Of a DNA stretch of 64,000 nucleotides, positions 45,989 to 56,915 are shown in pieces. The first letter of the stretch is position 1. Each line of letters opens with the position of its first letter. The position numbers and the translations under genes are program-made. The stretch covers positions 4,154,001 to 4,218,000 of the forward strand of contig OZ251224.1 in the NCBI GenBank assembly GCA_965240325.2, given 5' to 3'. The notes beneath the pieces are model-generated. The model was given only the letters and a program-made list of their open reading frames with translations, ran no database searches and had not been told where the DNA came from. Source of the DNA: Rebecca billardiae RCC1528 (lineage: Eukaryota > Protista > Haptophyta).

Positions 45989-46134
45989 CAAACCAAATCT
46001 GATCCGACGTCATTCGAGTACCCGGGTGGGCGGGTGCGGCGCGCGGTCAGATGATGTCCGCGCATTGCCGGGCCTGCAATTTGCATCCCGCGGACCGTCG
46101 TATATGTCTATGCTGACGACGATGAGTTGATGAA

Positions 46135-46170
46135 TACACACACACACACACGCACACACACACACACACA
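46135..46170. repeat. (CA)n microsatellite
   Basis: CA run with one interruption. Confidence 0.9.
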
Positions 46171-46212
46171 CTGACGGCAATCAGGCATTCAGTCAGCAGA
46201 GGCAGGCCGGCG

Positions 46213-47679
46213 TCACCATGTGACTTGCCGCCACTCGGTGCAGTGCGGCTTGTGCGCCTTCCACGCGCGCCGCAGGTGGTCGTGCGAGCAGAATACTGCC
46301 ACGTGGCATCGATCGCACTTCTTCAGCCCACGCCCCGTCTTGGCGCACACGAGGCAGCACTTGGACCCGACCTCGCGCTCGCCTGCAAACCGGGTGATGA
46401 GCACTTCACAGCAGGGGTCGAGAGTGCTGTCGAGCTCGTGCGCACGGCGCAGCAGCCGCGCACCCTCCACCACATCGCGCTCCACGCCCTTACCCGCCAG
46501 CATCAGCCGTCCAAGATGAGACGTAGCGAGTGGCTGATCACATTCAGCGGCCAGACGGTAGCAGCGCACCGCCTCGGCCATGTCCTGCGGTATGCCCTCG
46601 CCATTCTCGCAGCACACGCCCAGATTGCACTGTGCATCCGCATCGCCCTGCTCAGCCGCCAGCCGGTACCAGCGCGCCGCCTCGGCCATGTCCTGCTGCA
46701 CGCCCTCGCCCACCTGGCAGCACCAGCCCAGGTGGCTTTGCGCAGCCGCGTGGCCCTGCTCGGCCGCCAGCCGGTACCAGCGCGCCGCCTCTGCCCTGTC
46801 CTGCGGCACGCCTTCGCCGCTCTCGAAGCACCAGCCCAGAGTACACTGCGCATCTGCGTGGCCCTGCTCAGCCGCCAGCCGGTGCCAGCGCATTGCCTCT
46901 GCCAAATCCAGCGGCACGCCCTCGCCGTCCTTGCAGCACACGCCCAGATTGTACTGCGCATCTGCGTCGCCCTGCTCCGCTGCCAGCCGGTGCCAGCGCA
47001 CTGCCTCCGCCAAATCCTGCGGCACGCCCGTGCCATTGTAGCAGCACACGCCCAGCACACGCTGCGCACGTGCGTGGCCCTGCTCGGCCACTAGGCGGTA
47101 CCAGCGCGCCGCCTCGGCCATGTCCTGCGGCACGCCCTCGCCATGCTCGAAGCGCACGCCCAGATTGTACTGCGCACCAGCGTGGCCCTGCTCGGCTGCC
47201 AGCCGGTACCAGCGCGCCGCATCGGCCATGCCCTGCGGCACGCCCTCGCCCTTCTGGCAGCACACGCCCAGGTCGTTTTGCGCACCCGCGTGGCCCTGCT
47301 CGGCCGCCAGCCGGTACCAGCGCGCCGCCTCCGCCCAGTCCTGCTGCACGCCCATGCCGCGCTCGCAGCACACGCCCAGAACGCGCTGCGAATTTGCGTC
47401 GCCCTGCTCTGCCGCCAGCCGGTACCAGCGCACCGCCTCCTTGTAGTCCATGGTCAGTCCACCACGGCCCGTAAGGTGATAGAGACCGACATCATGTTGA
47501 GCGTCCGCCAGCCCGCTCTGGGCGGCGACGGTGCAAAGCCGAAGCGCCTCACGCGTGTCCTGCGCGACGCCGTCGCCGTCCTCGAAACGTGTGGCGAGCA
47601 GGTACGTGGCACGCACGTCCCCTCGCGCCGATCTGCGCTGAAGCAGCTTCGCGCCGGCGCTACGGCGGGCGTCCATCAT
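46213..47679 (-). CDS. Sel1-like repeat protein (11 repeats) with C-terminal MYND zinc finger
   Basis: 36-aa units such as HAGAQYNLGV...GEGVPQDMAEAARWYRLAAEQG; C-terminal CLVCAK...LKKCDRCHVAVFCSHDHLRRAWKAHKPHC. Start placed at MMDARRS by alignment with the paralog. Confidence 0.92.
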   Translation of the reverse strand: MMDARRSAGAKLLQRRSARGDVRATYLLATRFEDGDGVAQDTREALRLCTVAAQSGLADAQHDVGLYHLTGRGGLTMDYKEAVRWYRLAAEQGDANSQRVLGVCCERGMGVQQDWAEAARWYRLAAEQGHAGAQNDLGVCCQKGEGVPQGMADAARWYRLAAEQGHAGAQYNLGVRFEHGEGVPQDMAEAARWYRLVAEQGHARAQRVLGVCCYNGTGVPQDLAEAVRWHRLAAEQGDADAQYNLGVCCKDGEGVPLDLAEAMRWHRLAAEQGHADAQCTLGWCFESGEGVPQDRAEAARWYRLAAEQGHAAAQSHLGWCCQVGEGVQQDMAEAARWYRLAAEQGDADAQCNLGVCCENGEGIPQDMAEAVRCYRLAAECDQPLATSHLGRLMLAGKGVERDVVEGARLLRRAHELDSTLDPCCEVLITRFAGEREVGSKCCLVCAKTGRGLKKCDRCHVAVFCSHDHLRRAWKAHKPHCTEWRQVTW

Positions 47680-48877
47680 CCGGGATCCGCGAACGCGGCG
47701 ATTTCCCTCGGGACGGGCGCGGCCGTCCGCCGGGCGACGTTCGAACGGTTTCGATGTGCGCAAGTCGTAACTCGTAAGTGTCGCGACAGCCCTGCAGGAG
47801 CATTGCAGGGGCGCGCTTCCCATGGACAGACCCACACTGCTCTACGGCCCTTGACTGCTCACTCAGTGGTCAGAATACGTAACAAAGTATGGGGCGGGTG
47901 TCATCCCCCATACAGTTTATTTGTTTTAACGTGCGTAAGGCTCACGGTGGCAGGTTGCCGCGCCATCCTTCATCGCACGCTCTCCGAAGAGAGACCTGGA
48001 AAACAGTACTGTACTGTACAGATCGACGATCTCCTATTGAAACGGCTCCCTGACCCTCTGCCGTTTACGTCAGAAAGGTCGGTCACCTACAGCGTGAAAT
48101 CGACGTGCAGAAAACCATTTTCGCGCATTTGATGCGGAAAAGCGGGGCGCCGGGCGCCCGTCGGTGGCTTGCGCCGCACCGGCAGGCGAAACGCACTGGG
48201 GGCTGACCCGCCAGACCACTCGGACCTTCAGAGTTCGGCCGCGTCAGACAGGAGGTCGTGTGACGTGTACCGCCCGCGCGGCTGCGGCCTCGCACGGCGC
48301 GGAGAGGCCCGCTCCAGCCAGGAGGCGACAGCCGCTTGGGCGCAGTCCACCTTGACACCCTCGCGGTCGAGGCGCCCACAGCGCCGAACGACCCTGCACG
48401 CCTCACCTCGCCGCGCGCGAGCGCGCTCAAATAAACGGCCTCCATCGACGAGGCTCTCTGCCGCGCGCGGCCAGTCGTCCGTTTTCGTCATCAGTCGTGG
48501 CATCATCACTATATTAATAATAATACTATATATATATATATAACTATTCACAATCCGTTATTGGCGCGTTTTGTTTATCAGTACGTTTATTATATGCGAC
48601 CGCCAGCGGCTGCTCCGCCGAACGGTGACTCACAGTCTCAGACTTCTAAGAGGGCGCGAAAATACGACGACCGCCTCGACCTCGACTCTGACGACGCGAT
48701 GTCCCAGAGGTTACAGAATGCCTCCTCAGGTGGGGTGGCGCCGCATGGAATCACGCGCAGTGCTCAGCTGCACGCAGCCTCGCCGCCCTAGCCAGCCCCG
48801 CCGAGCGGCGTGGGCCGCCAGGCGCACGGCGCCGTGCGCGTAACCGTCGTTGGGGTCGTAGCGCCCTCGGCCTGTGG

Positions 48878-50893
48878 CTAGCCTGGCGTGGGCTGCCGCC
48901 ACGCTGCGGCCGCGGACGCCCCCTCGTCGTCGCCGGCCGCCACCGCGGGCGAGTACTGCGCCGCCACCTTGCGGGGCGCGCCCACGAGCGTGGCCAGCGC
49001 CTCGCCTGCTCCCGGCGGCGCGGGCGCAGCCGTCGGCCCGTCCTGCTCCGCCGTCGGCGCCGCCTCCGCCTCCGCCGAGGAGGCCGCGGGCGGGCAGGTG
49101 CAGCCCAGCAGCATCCCCGCGTGCGGGCCCGGGCTGCTCAGCAGCTCCGGCGGCCCGGTGGTGAAATTGCGCACGACGCCCTCCGACGCGCGCACCATCC
49201 GCCGCGCGAGTGCGGCAGTGGGCAGAGGCGCGAGCAACGAGCCCCACAGCCGCTCGGCGTAGTGCCCCTCCTCGATGTTGTCGCCGCGCGAGAGGGCGCG
49301 TGCCAGCGCAGACCAGAAGCCCGCCTCGACGCCCCGCACCGCGCCGCGCGTCGCCGCGAACGTGCCGCCGTAGCACACGGGCACGACGCGCGCCGCAAGG
49401 AGCCGCGCGCGCGTGGGCGACACCCTGCTCAGCCGCGCGCGCTCGACGACATCCGCTGCCCACGCGCCGATCGTGCGCACGGGCGAGGCGAAGGGCACGG
49501 GGGGCGACGGGCGGCCGTCCTCGGCGCTGCTGCCGTTGCCGCCCGCGCCCGCGCCGGCCGGGCCACCGCCATCGCTGCGCCCCTGCGCGAGCGTCGGCGC
49601 GGACGCCGCGCCGAGCCCGCGCTCGCGCGCCCGCGCGTCGTCAGCCGCCGGCGCGCCGCCACCGCCGAGCCTCTGCGCGTGCTCAGGCTCGTACTCGTCG
49701 AGGTACCAGCGGCGCAGGATGGCGCCGGCATGCACGTCCGCAAACACGTCCTGCGGGGCGCAGCGAGCCGCGCGCGCGCGGGCGGCGCAACACGTACCGC
49801 GCCGCGGTGGTGACGCGGCGCATCGCGCGCGCGCGGCCGCAGCCGTGCGCGCCGCCCGCCACGCGCCGCCCAGACCTGACGGCCGCGCCGCGCGCGCACG
49901 CTGCAGCGCGCACACCTGCAGGGGGCAGCGTGGCGCCGTGTCATAGTTTCTAAAGCGCGGCGGGAGCTCAGGGTTCGCGACGATCTGGCGCGCGCGGCAG
50001 CCGAAGCCGCGCGCGAGCGCCGCGCGCGCGAGCTCGCCGAAGCGCACGGCGGCGCGACGCGAGTACGCCAGCGAGCCATCGACCGAGGAGTCTTTTGCGA
50101 AAATGATCAAATCCTCGAGCGAGTTGTAATTGCTGGCGAGGTGCGTGGCGTACGTGTGGTCGCACCGGCCCACGTTGGGCAGCGTGCGCACGCGCGCGAG
50201 CCCCTTCGGCAGCCCCTTCACGCCGCGGCCGCACTTGGAGTACACGAAGGTGGCCACCACGTCGACGCCGCACGCGGCCAGCTCGGCAATGGCGGGCGGC
50301 ACCCAGCCGAGGGGCAGCGTGCAGTGCGCGATCACGAGCTCGGCGCGCGGCCGCGGCCGCCCGCCGCCGCGCTCGCGCCACACCGACGGCGGCGGCGCCG
50401 CCTCCGCCGGCCCGCCCAGGTCGCACGCGAGCTCGTTGGGCCAGCGCACCACGTCGCCCGGGAGCGACGTGAGCGGCCGGCGCGCGCCCTCGGCGCACTC
50501 TGCACAGCGCTCGCATGCAGGCCGCATCGCCGCGGCCGGGACGGGGCGGGTGCGCGCCGTGGTGTTGCGCGCGATGCGCACGCCGCCCGCGCGGTCGAGG
50601 AAGCGCATCTCCACCTCGCTGCCGCACAGGCGCAGCTGGCGCTGCTGCGCCTCGAGACAGCCCTCCTCCCTCGGCGTCTTGCGGTGCGGCTGCAGCCACT
50701 GAAACGGAAACGGCAGGCGGCGGTCACGGGACTGGTCCCGGGCGTTGAACCAGGTCATGCCGCCGTGCTCGTACTCGGCGCCCGTGCACGGGCCGAGGAC
50801 GCGCAGCTGGCACCGTCCGAGCGGCGAGGGCGCCGCCGCGCAAATCGCGAGCGTCGCGATGAGCCCGCCAGCCACCGCCAGGCGTGACGCCAT
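48878..50893 (-). CDS. Secreted DUF3431-like protein; probable in-frame intron 49751-49915
   Basis: Signal peptide MASRLAVAGGLIATLAICAAA; ELVIAHC..LGWV..FVYSKC..LPNVGRCDHTYATHLASNYNSL.D.IIF and VCYGGTFAATR...EEGHYAERLWG match the DUF3431 pattern. CAG|GTGTG donor and CGCAG| acceptor. Confidence 0.75.
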   Translation of the reverse strand: MASRLAVAGGLIATLAICAAAPSPLGRCQLRVLGPCTGAEYEHGGMTWFNARDQSRDRRLPFPFQWLQPHRKTPREEGCLEAQQRQLRLCGSEVEMRFLDRAGGVRIARNTTARTRPVPAAAMRPACERCAECAEGARRPLTSLPGDVVRWPNELACDLGGPAEAAPPPSVWRERGGGRPRPRAELVIAHCTLPLGWVPPAIAELAACGVDVVATFVYSKCGRGVKGLPKGLARVRTLPNVGRCDHTYATHLASNYNSLEDLIIFAKDSSVDGSLAYSRRAAVRFGELARAALARGFGCRARQIVANPELPPRFRNYDTAPRCPLQVCALQRARAARPSGLGGAWRAARTAAAARARCAASPPRRGTCCAARARAARCAPQDVFADVHAGAILRRWYLDEYEPEHAQRLGGGGAPAADDARARERGLGAASAPTLAQGRSDGGGPAGAGAGGNGSSAEDGRPSPPVPFASPVRTIGAWAADVVERARLSRVSPTRARLLAARVVPVCYGGTFAATRGAVRGVEAGFWSALARALSRGDNIEEGHYAERLWGSLLAPLPTAALARRMVRASEGVVRNFTTGPPELLSSPGPHAGMLLGCTCPPAASSAEAEAAPTAEQDGPTAAPAPPGAGEALATLVGAPRKVAAQYSPAVAAGDDEGASAAAAWRQPTPG

Positions 50894-51404
50894 GCTGACC
50901 GGCTCCCATGAGTCCCAGCGCCCCAGCAAGAAATCTTCGCGGGGATTGACTGATGATTGGGGGCGATGGCCGACGCGACGGGAGTGGCGGGTTTGGCAGT
51001 CTGCGGCGGTTATCGCGTTATGACTGCCGGCGCCGCTTCGCCGCCGCCCGATACCCTCCTCCAGCGCCCCTCCGACCGCACCCCCGCCCGGACGGGCTCG
51101 GAGCTCGGAGCTCGCAGCGCGCCCCCGGACAGCGTTCCGAGCGTGTGGCAGCTCGCTTTTGGCGCGGACCGCAGAAAAGTGAGCGCGCGCCGGGAGTTGA
51201 CGGGCAGTGACCGGTTTTGGCGAACAGGAGCGAGTTTCGCCCAGCAGCCGTCCGCTTTCCCGCCCGACCGCACGGCGCACCTCGCCCTGCCCGACCGCCG
51301 ACCGGACCGCCGCCCGACTACCAAACCCAGCCGACGGGCCACGCTTGGCGCCGAGCAGCCGCACGGACAACCAGCTGCGCTCCTCCGCCTCCCGCCGTCC
51401 CGAC

Positions 51405-52295
51405 ATGGCGGTGCCTGCAGTCCAACGCGTGTCGCGGCGCCGCGCGGCGGCAGCGGCCGTCGTCAACCAGCAGGTCCTCGGCGCTCGTGGGCGCGGCGGC
51501 GGGGGCCGCGGTCGGGGCCGGGGTGGGCGCGCGGGTGGCCGCCAAGCAAGTACCCTGCCGCCTGCCGCGCCGGTGCAGCAGCTCGGCCCGCTGCCGGTCC
51601 AGCCGCCGCCCGCGACCGCGCCGGCGGCCGGTGCCAGGACGACGGCGGGGGCTGCTCCCGCGCCCGCGCCCGGGCGAGCGGCCGGCGCCGCGTCGACGGC
51701 GGCTGCTGCGCAGCCGCAGGCACCCGCCCCCCCGGCCGCGCCCGCTGGCCAGCCGGGCATTCCGACTGGCCTACCACCCGACCTCGCGAACAGCCTCACT
51801 GACTTCCTTCGCGGCGTCCACGGCAACGGTGCGGGTGATGGGGCGGTCGGTGGCCACTCGGGCGCGCCGCCCGCCGACGGCGCACCGACGGGGCCCACCT
51901 CTGTCCCAGGCGGGCCGCCGCGGACGCTGCCGCAACCGTTCCCGGGCGCCGCCTCTGCGGGGGGCGTGCCGCCGCTGACGCTGGCGCGCGAGCTGGCGCG
52001 GTACGGGTGTGTGTGCGACGCGAGCGGGCGGCCCCTGCTCTCGGAGGCCAACCACCGCGTCTTCCGCGCGCACGGCTGCCTACGGCACCAGCTATTCGGC
52101 GACTGCTCCGCGGCGGCGTGCCCGCTGTTCGCCGCGTACCGGTCGGCCGGCGGCCAACCGTCTGCGCAGATGCAGCACAACTTCACGCTCGCGCACGCCA
52201 CCAAGTGCGCTCTGTGCGGGAGCCTTGGCCACTTGGCCGGCGCGCACGCCGAGACAGCGCATGTGCAGCAGCACACGGGCGTGGGCCGCGTCTAG
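51405..52295 (+). CDS. Gag-like ORF1 of the YR retrotransposon
   Basis: ATG just after repeat A1; P/A/G-rich region, then Cys/His motifs (CLRHQLFGDCSAAACP; knuckle-like CALCGSLGHLAGAH). Confidence 0.65.
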   Translation: MAVPAVQRVSRRRAAAAAVVNQQVLGARGRGGGGRGRGRGGRAGGRQASTLPPAAPVQQLGPLPVQPPPATAPAAGARTTAGAAPAPAPGRAAGAASTAAAAQPQAPAPPAAPAGQPGIPTGLPPDLANSLTDFLRGVHGNGAGDGAVGGHSGAPPADGAPTGPTSVPGGPPRTLPQPFPGAASAGGVPPLTLARELARYGCVCDASGRPLLSEANHRVFRAHGCLRHQLFGDCSAAACPLFAAYRSAGGQPSAQMQHNFTLAHATKCALCGSLGHLAGAHAETAHVQQHTGVGRV

Positions 52296-52945
52296 GAGGC
52301 GGTGGGCGCGCGACGAGATCCCCTGTCGGTGCCCGCCGCGTTCCGCGGCGCGCCGCTCGCTATGACTCGCCCGCCCATCACCTCCGCCGAGATGGTCGCG
52401 CGCACCGGCCTGCGCGCTGACCTCGCACACAGTCTCGTGCCCAACGCCATGCAGCGCAACTACGTGGCGCTGGCGTCCTTCATCCATGCCTTCACCGGCG
52501 TTGACCTGTCCGTGGAGCTGCGTGACGGCGTCGATCTGCTCTACCGCGGCGCGCGCGTGTCGCGGTTCCGTCCCAACCACCGTTCCTCGCTGGCGCAGCC
52601 CGAGTTTGTGCGCGCGCGGCTCGCCGAGTATGTGTCATCGGGCGTGCTGGCGGGGCCGGCGCGCGGCGGCCGGCCCCTGCCGCGGCCAGTGGCGGTGTCG
52701 CCGCTCGGTTGCGTACCGAAGGACGAGGACGACTTCCGCCTCATCGTGGACATGACGGCCTCGGGCGTGAACGCCGACATCCGCGCGCCGCGGTTCACCT
52801 TTGAGTCGCTGGACGAGCTCCTGGCCGATCTGACCCCCGGCACCTGGATCTTCAAGGTGGACATCGACGCGGCATACACGCGCGTCGCCGTGCGCCCGGA
52901 GGATCTGTGGCTGCTCTGCATTTGGTGGGAGGGCGTCCGCGCCGC
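52296..52945 (+). pseudogene. Truncated reverse transcriptase (DIRS/Ngaro type), N-terminal motifs only
   Basis: VSPLGCVPKDEDDFRLIVDM..VNADIRAPRFTFESL...GTWIFKVDIDAAYTRVAVRPEDLWLLCIWWEG. Breaks off before the LPFG and YxDD motifs, where the simple repeat starts. Confidence 0.88.
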
Positions 52946-53720
52946 TCATCATGCGCGCGCGCCGGTCAACATGCGCCGAGCATCATGCGCGCGCGCCGAT
53001 CATCACGCGCGCACGCCGATCGTCATGCGCGCGCGCCGATCATCATGCGCGCGCGCCGGTCATCTTGCGCCGATCATGCGCGCGCGCCGATCGTCATGCG
53101 CCGATCATCATGCGCGCGCGCCGATCATCATGCGCCGATCATGCGCGCGCGCCGATCATCATGCGCCGATCATGCGCCGATCATGCGCCGATCATGCGCC
53201 GATCATGCGCCGATCATGCGCCCGCGCCGATCATCATGCGCCGATCATGCGCGCGCGCCGATCATCATGCGCCGATCATGCGCCGATCATGCGCCGATCA
53301 TGCGCCCGCGCCGATCATCATGCGCCGATCATGCGCGCGCGCCGATCATCATGCGCCGATCATGCGCCGATCATGCGCCGATCATGCGCCGATCATGCGC
53401 CGATCATGCGCCCGCGCCGATCATCATGCGCCGATCATGCGCCGATCATGCGCGCGCGCCGATCATCACGCGCCGATCATGCGCCGATCATGCGCCCGCG
53501 CCGATCATCATGCGCCGATCACGCGCGCGCGCCGATCATCATGCGCCGATCATGCGCCGATCATGCGCCCGCGCCGATCATCATGCGCCGATCATCATGC
53601 GCGCGCGCCGATCATCATGCGCGCGCGCCGATCATCATGCGCGCGCGCCGATCATCATGCGCCGATCATGCGCGCGCGCCGATCATCATGCGCCGATCGT
53701 CATGCGTGCGCGCCGATCAT
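52946..53720 (+). repeat. Irregular array of (GC)n-CGAT-(CAT)m modules (core GCGCCGATCAT)
   Basis: About 770 bp built almost entirely of these modules with variable n and m. Confidence 0.95.
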
Positions 53721-53849
53721 CCGCGGCGCGTCCGCCGTCGCTCGCGTGCCGCGCGACCGTCCTCGTTCGCGCGGCGTGCGTCGCCTGCTCCCCGCCGCTT
53801 CCACCGGCCGCCATCGCTCCCACAGCGCAGGCGGCCCGGCGGTTTGCCA

Positions 53850-54230
53850 CAGCCGGACAGCGGGCTTCGGCGCTTCGCCCTTCGCGTCCAAGGTCCAAGG
53901 GGCGCATGGCGATTCAGGGCTACGCACGCTGGCTGGACGTCGCTTCGCGGAGCTCGGGGTGCTGCCCGCCGTCGACGGCCGACACCGGGCGGGTTGGCGC
54001 GCGTGCGAGGCTTTCGCGCGGCGTATCTGGCGTGGCTGCACGATGAGTGTCGGGCGCTGGGGCTCCCACAACGTGTGTTGGCGCCAACTCGGTTCGACGC
54101 TCGGCCGTGGCGACGCTGGCCGTTCCTGGGGCTTCCCGCGGCCGAGATCACCGCTGCGGGGCGGTGGGCGGGGCCTGCGCCCCGCACGTACTTCCCGGGA
54201 GCTGCCCCGCCCGACGGCACGCGCTTGGCG
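53850..54230 (+). pseudogene. Frameshifted C-terminal remnant of a tyrosine recombinase
   Basis: ANSVRRSAVATLA (H-S-x-R box with H->N), then after a frameshift LGLPAAEITAAGRWAGPAPRTYF (GRW-x7-Y catalytic pattern). Confidence 0.65.
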
Positions 54231-55083
54231 CTGACGGCGTGCGTCGGGGCGTGGCCGGGCGCAGCGTCTCTGGGGGTCGGGGCCGGGCCTGGCCTCGACC
54301 GCGCCGGCCGACGCCGCCCATGCCGGCGTGGCGCCTGGCGCTGCGCCCCTGTGGGCGGGCGCTGTCTCGCCGCCCGGCCCCCCGTGACGTCTGGCGGCCC
54401 CAGGCAAGCTAGGCAGCCGCCCAACGTAAACACCGGACCGCCATAAGGCGGAGCGCGACGCGCGCGGTTATGGGGCGATGGCCGACGCGACGGGAGTGGC
54501 GGGTTTGGCAGTCTGCGGCGGTTATCGCGTTATGACTGCCGGCGCCGCTTCGCCGCCGCCCGATACCCTCCTCCAGCGCCCCTCCGACCGCACCCCCGCC
54601 CGGACGGGCTCGGAGCTCGGAGCTCGCAGCGCGCCCCCGGACAGCGTTCCGAGCGTGTGGCAGCTCGCTTTTGGCGCGGACCGCAGAAAAGTGAGCGCGC
54701 GCCGGGAGTTGACGGGCAGTGACCGGTTTTGGCGAACAGGAGCGAGTTTCGCCCAGCAGCCGTCCGCTTTCCCGCCCGACCGCACGGCGCACCTCGCCCT
54801 GCCCGACCGCCGACCGGACCGCCGCCCGACTACCAAACCCAGCCGACGGGCCACGCTTGGCGCCGAGCAGCCGCACGGACAACCAGCTGCGCTCCTCCGC
54901 CTCCCGCCCGCCCTCCCTCGGCGTTGGATCGCCGCGCCGGGGCAGGGTGCGGCTTGAGTCAGCGTCCGCGTGGGGGCGGGCGCTGTCTCGCCGCCCGGCC
55001 CCCCGTGACGTCTGTGATTTCAGATTGACCAACGGTCTCCCCAGCACGCGTGGCGCGGGCCGCCCCGCAACCGGCGCACTGCC

Positions 55084-56884
55084 ATGACGGCAGTGGCGGG
55101 CGCCACGCACCTCGACGGCGCGCGCGGGCCCTCGGACGACGAGGGCGGATCGGGCGGGGAGCGCGCGCAGGCTGCGCCCAGGCGCAGCGCGGACAACCGC
55201 GCTGCGCTCCGCGCCCTGAGCCGCTGGGAGGCGTACCGGCGGCGCAAGCTGGCGGATGCGCGCACGCGCGCGCGCGCGCACGAGCAGCTCGTGGAGGGCG
55301 CGCTGCGTTCGTACCTGCGCAACGTCGCCGCGTTTGCGTCGACGCGGCGCGCGCGGCGAGCACGGCAGCACCTCGAGCTCCGACGCCTCGCGCTCGCCGC
55401 CGGGCTCCGCGCGTGGCGAGCGCTCGCCGCCGCGCGCGCGCTGGACGCTCGCGCCGCGCGCGCGAGCGAGCGCGCGTGGCGCCGCGCGTGCGTGCGGCGC
55501 TGGGGCGGCGCGGCGGCGCGGCGAGCGGTGCACGCCTCCGCATGCGTGCGCGCCCGCCGCGCCGCGCCGCGCGCCGCCTTCCGCGCGCTCAGCTCGCGCG
55601 CGCACGCCGCGCACGTGCGCACGGCCGTGTCGCGCGTGCGCATCGCGGCCGCGGCAAGCGCGCGTGCGCGCGCGCATCGAATCGCGCTGCTGCCCGCGCT
55701 GCTGGTGTGGACGGCGTTCGCGGAGAAGGGGCGCTGGCGCGCGGAGGCGCGCGCCGCGGCGGCCGTCGCGGCGCGCGTGTGTGCGCGCGCGCTCCGCCTG
55801 CGCCGCGCGCTGCGGCCGTGGGCGGCGGCGCGGCGGCGCGCGCGCGCGGCGACGCGCGCGGCGCGCGTGTGCGCGCTGGCCGGCGCGGCGCGGCGCTGGG
55901 CGGCGTTCGGCGCGGCGCGGCGCGCGAGCTGGCGCGGCGCGCGCGCCGCCGCGCTGCACAGCTGGCGCGCCGCCGCGCGCGCGCGCCGCCGCGCGCACGC
56001 CGAATCGGCGCGCCGCCTGCTGCTGCTCGGGGCGGCGCGCGCCGCGCTCGCGCGAGGCGCGCGCGCTCGCGTGTGCGCGCACTGGCGCGGCGTGTGGGCC
56101 GGGTCGCTGCTGCTCGTGATCGGCGCGCGCGCGTGCGCGCGCAGCGCGCTGCGCGCGTGGCGCGCGCGCGGCAAGAGCGCCGCCCTCGGCGCGCGCGTGC
56201 TGCTGGCCGCGCGCGCGTGCGCGGCCACACTCGCGATGCACCGCGCGTGGGCGGCGCTGGGCCGGCGGCTGCGGCCGGCCGCGGCGCCGCGCGCTCCGCA
56301 CGGCCGCGGCCTGCGCCCGGCGCGCGGAGGGCTGGCGCCGGCGGCGGCGTGGACGCCCTCGGCGCCCGGCGGCGCGCTCAGCTCGCCGCCGCCCGCACCC
56401 GCTGCGCCCGCCGGCGGCGCGTGCACCTTCGACTCGCCGGCGGGCGCGGCGCCCGCGGCCGCGCCGCCGCCGCCGCCGCGCACGCCCGCGCCGCTGCTCG
56501 CCGCGCGGCGGCTGCGCGCTCGGGCGCGCGCGCGCGCGCTGGGCCGGTGGCGCGGCGCGCTCGCGCGCGCGCGCGCGCTCGCGACGACGTGCGCGCAGGC
56601 GGGCGCGTGCGTGCACCGCCGCGCGCGCGCGCGCGCCGTGCGCGCACTGCGCGCGGCCGCGGCCGCGCGCGCCGCGCGCGGGGCCGCGGCGCGCTGCGTG
56701 CGCGCGCGCCGCGCGCTGCGCGCGGCGCGGCGCGCGCTGGCCGCGGCCGCGAGCGCGCGTGCCGCGCGGCTGGCAGCCGCGCGCGTCGCGTGGGCGCACG
56801 CGGCGCGCGCGCGGCGCGCGCAGCTGGCTGCGGCGTTCGCGCGCGCGCGCGCGAGCGGCGCGCGGCGCGCTGCGCACGGCCGGA

Positions 56885-56915
<31 letters not shown>

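Larger units (their letters stand above)
50959..55014 (+). mobile_element. Degenerate tyrosine-recombinase retrotransposon (DIRS order, Ngaro/PAT-like split direct repeats A1-gag-RT'-YR'-B1-A2-B2)
   Basis: A repeats of 437 bp at 50960-51396 and 54472-54908 (no difference seen). B repeats of 41 bp at 54353-54393 and 54974-55014. Contains gag-like ORF, DIRS-type RT N-terminus and YR C-terminal remnant. TGATT lies on both flanks. Confidence 0.85.

Noticed and set aside
48878-52276. 1132-aa minus-strand ORF as one protein
   Set aside because: The first ~460 aa are antisense to the retroelement; the real gene starts at the signal peptide at 50893.
50960-54908. Classical LTR retrotransposon with 437-bp LTRs
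   Set aside because: No TG...CA ends, primer-binding site, protease or DDE integrase. The extra B repeats and YR remnant indicate the DIRS order.
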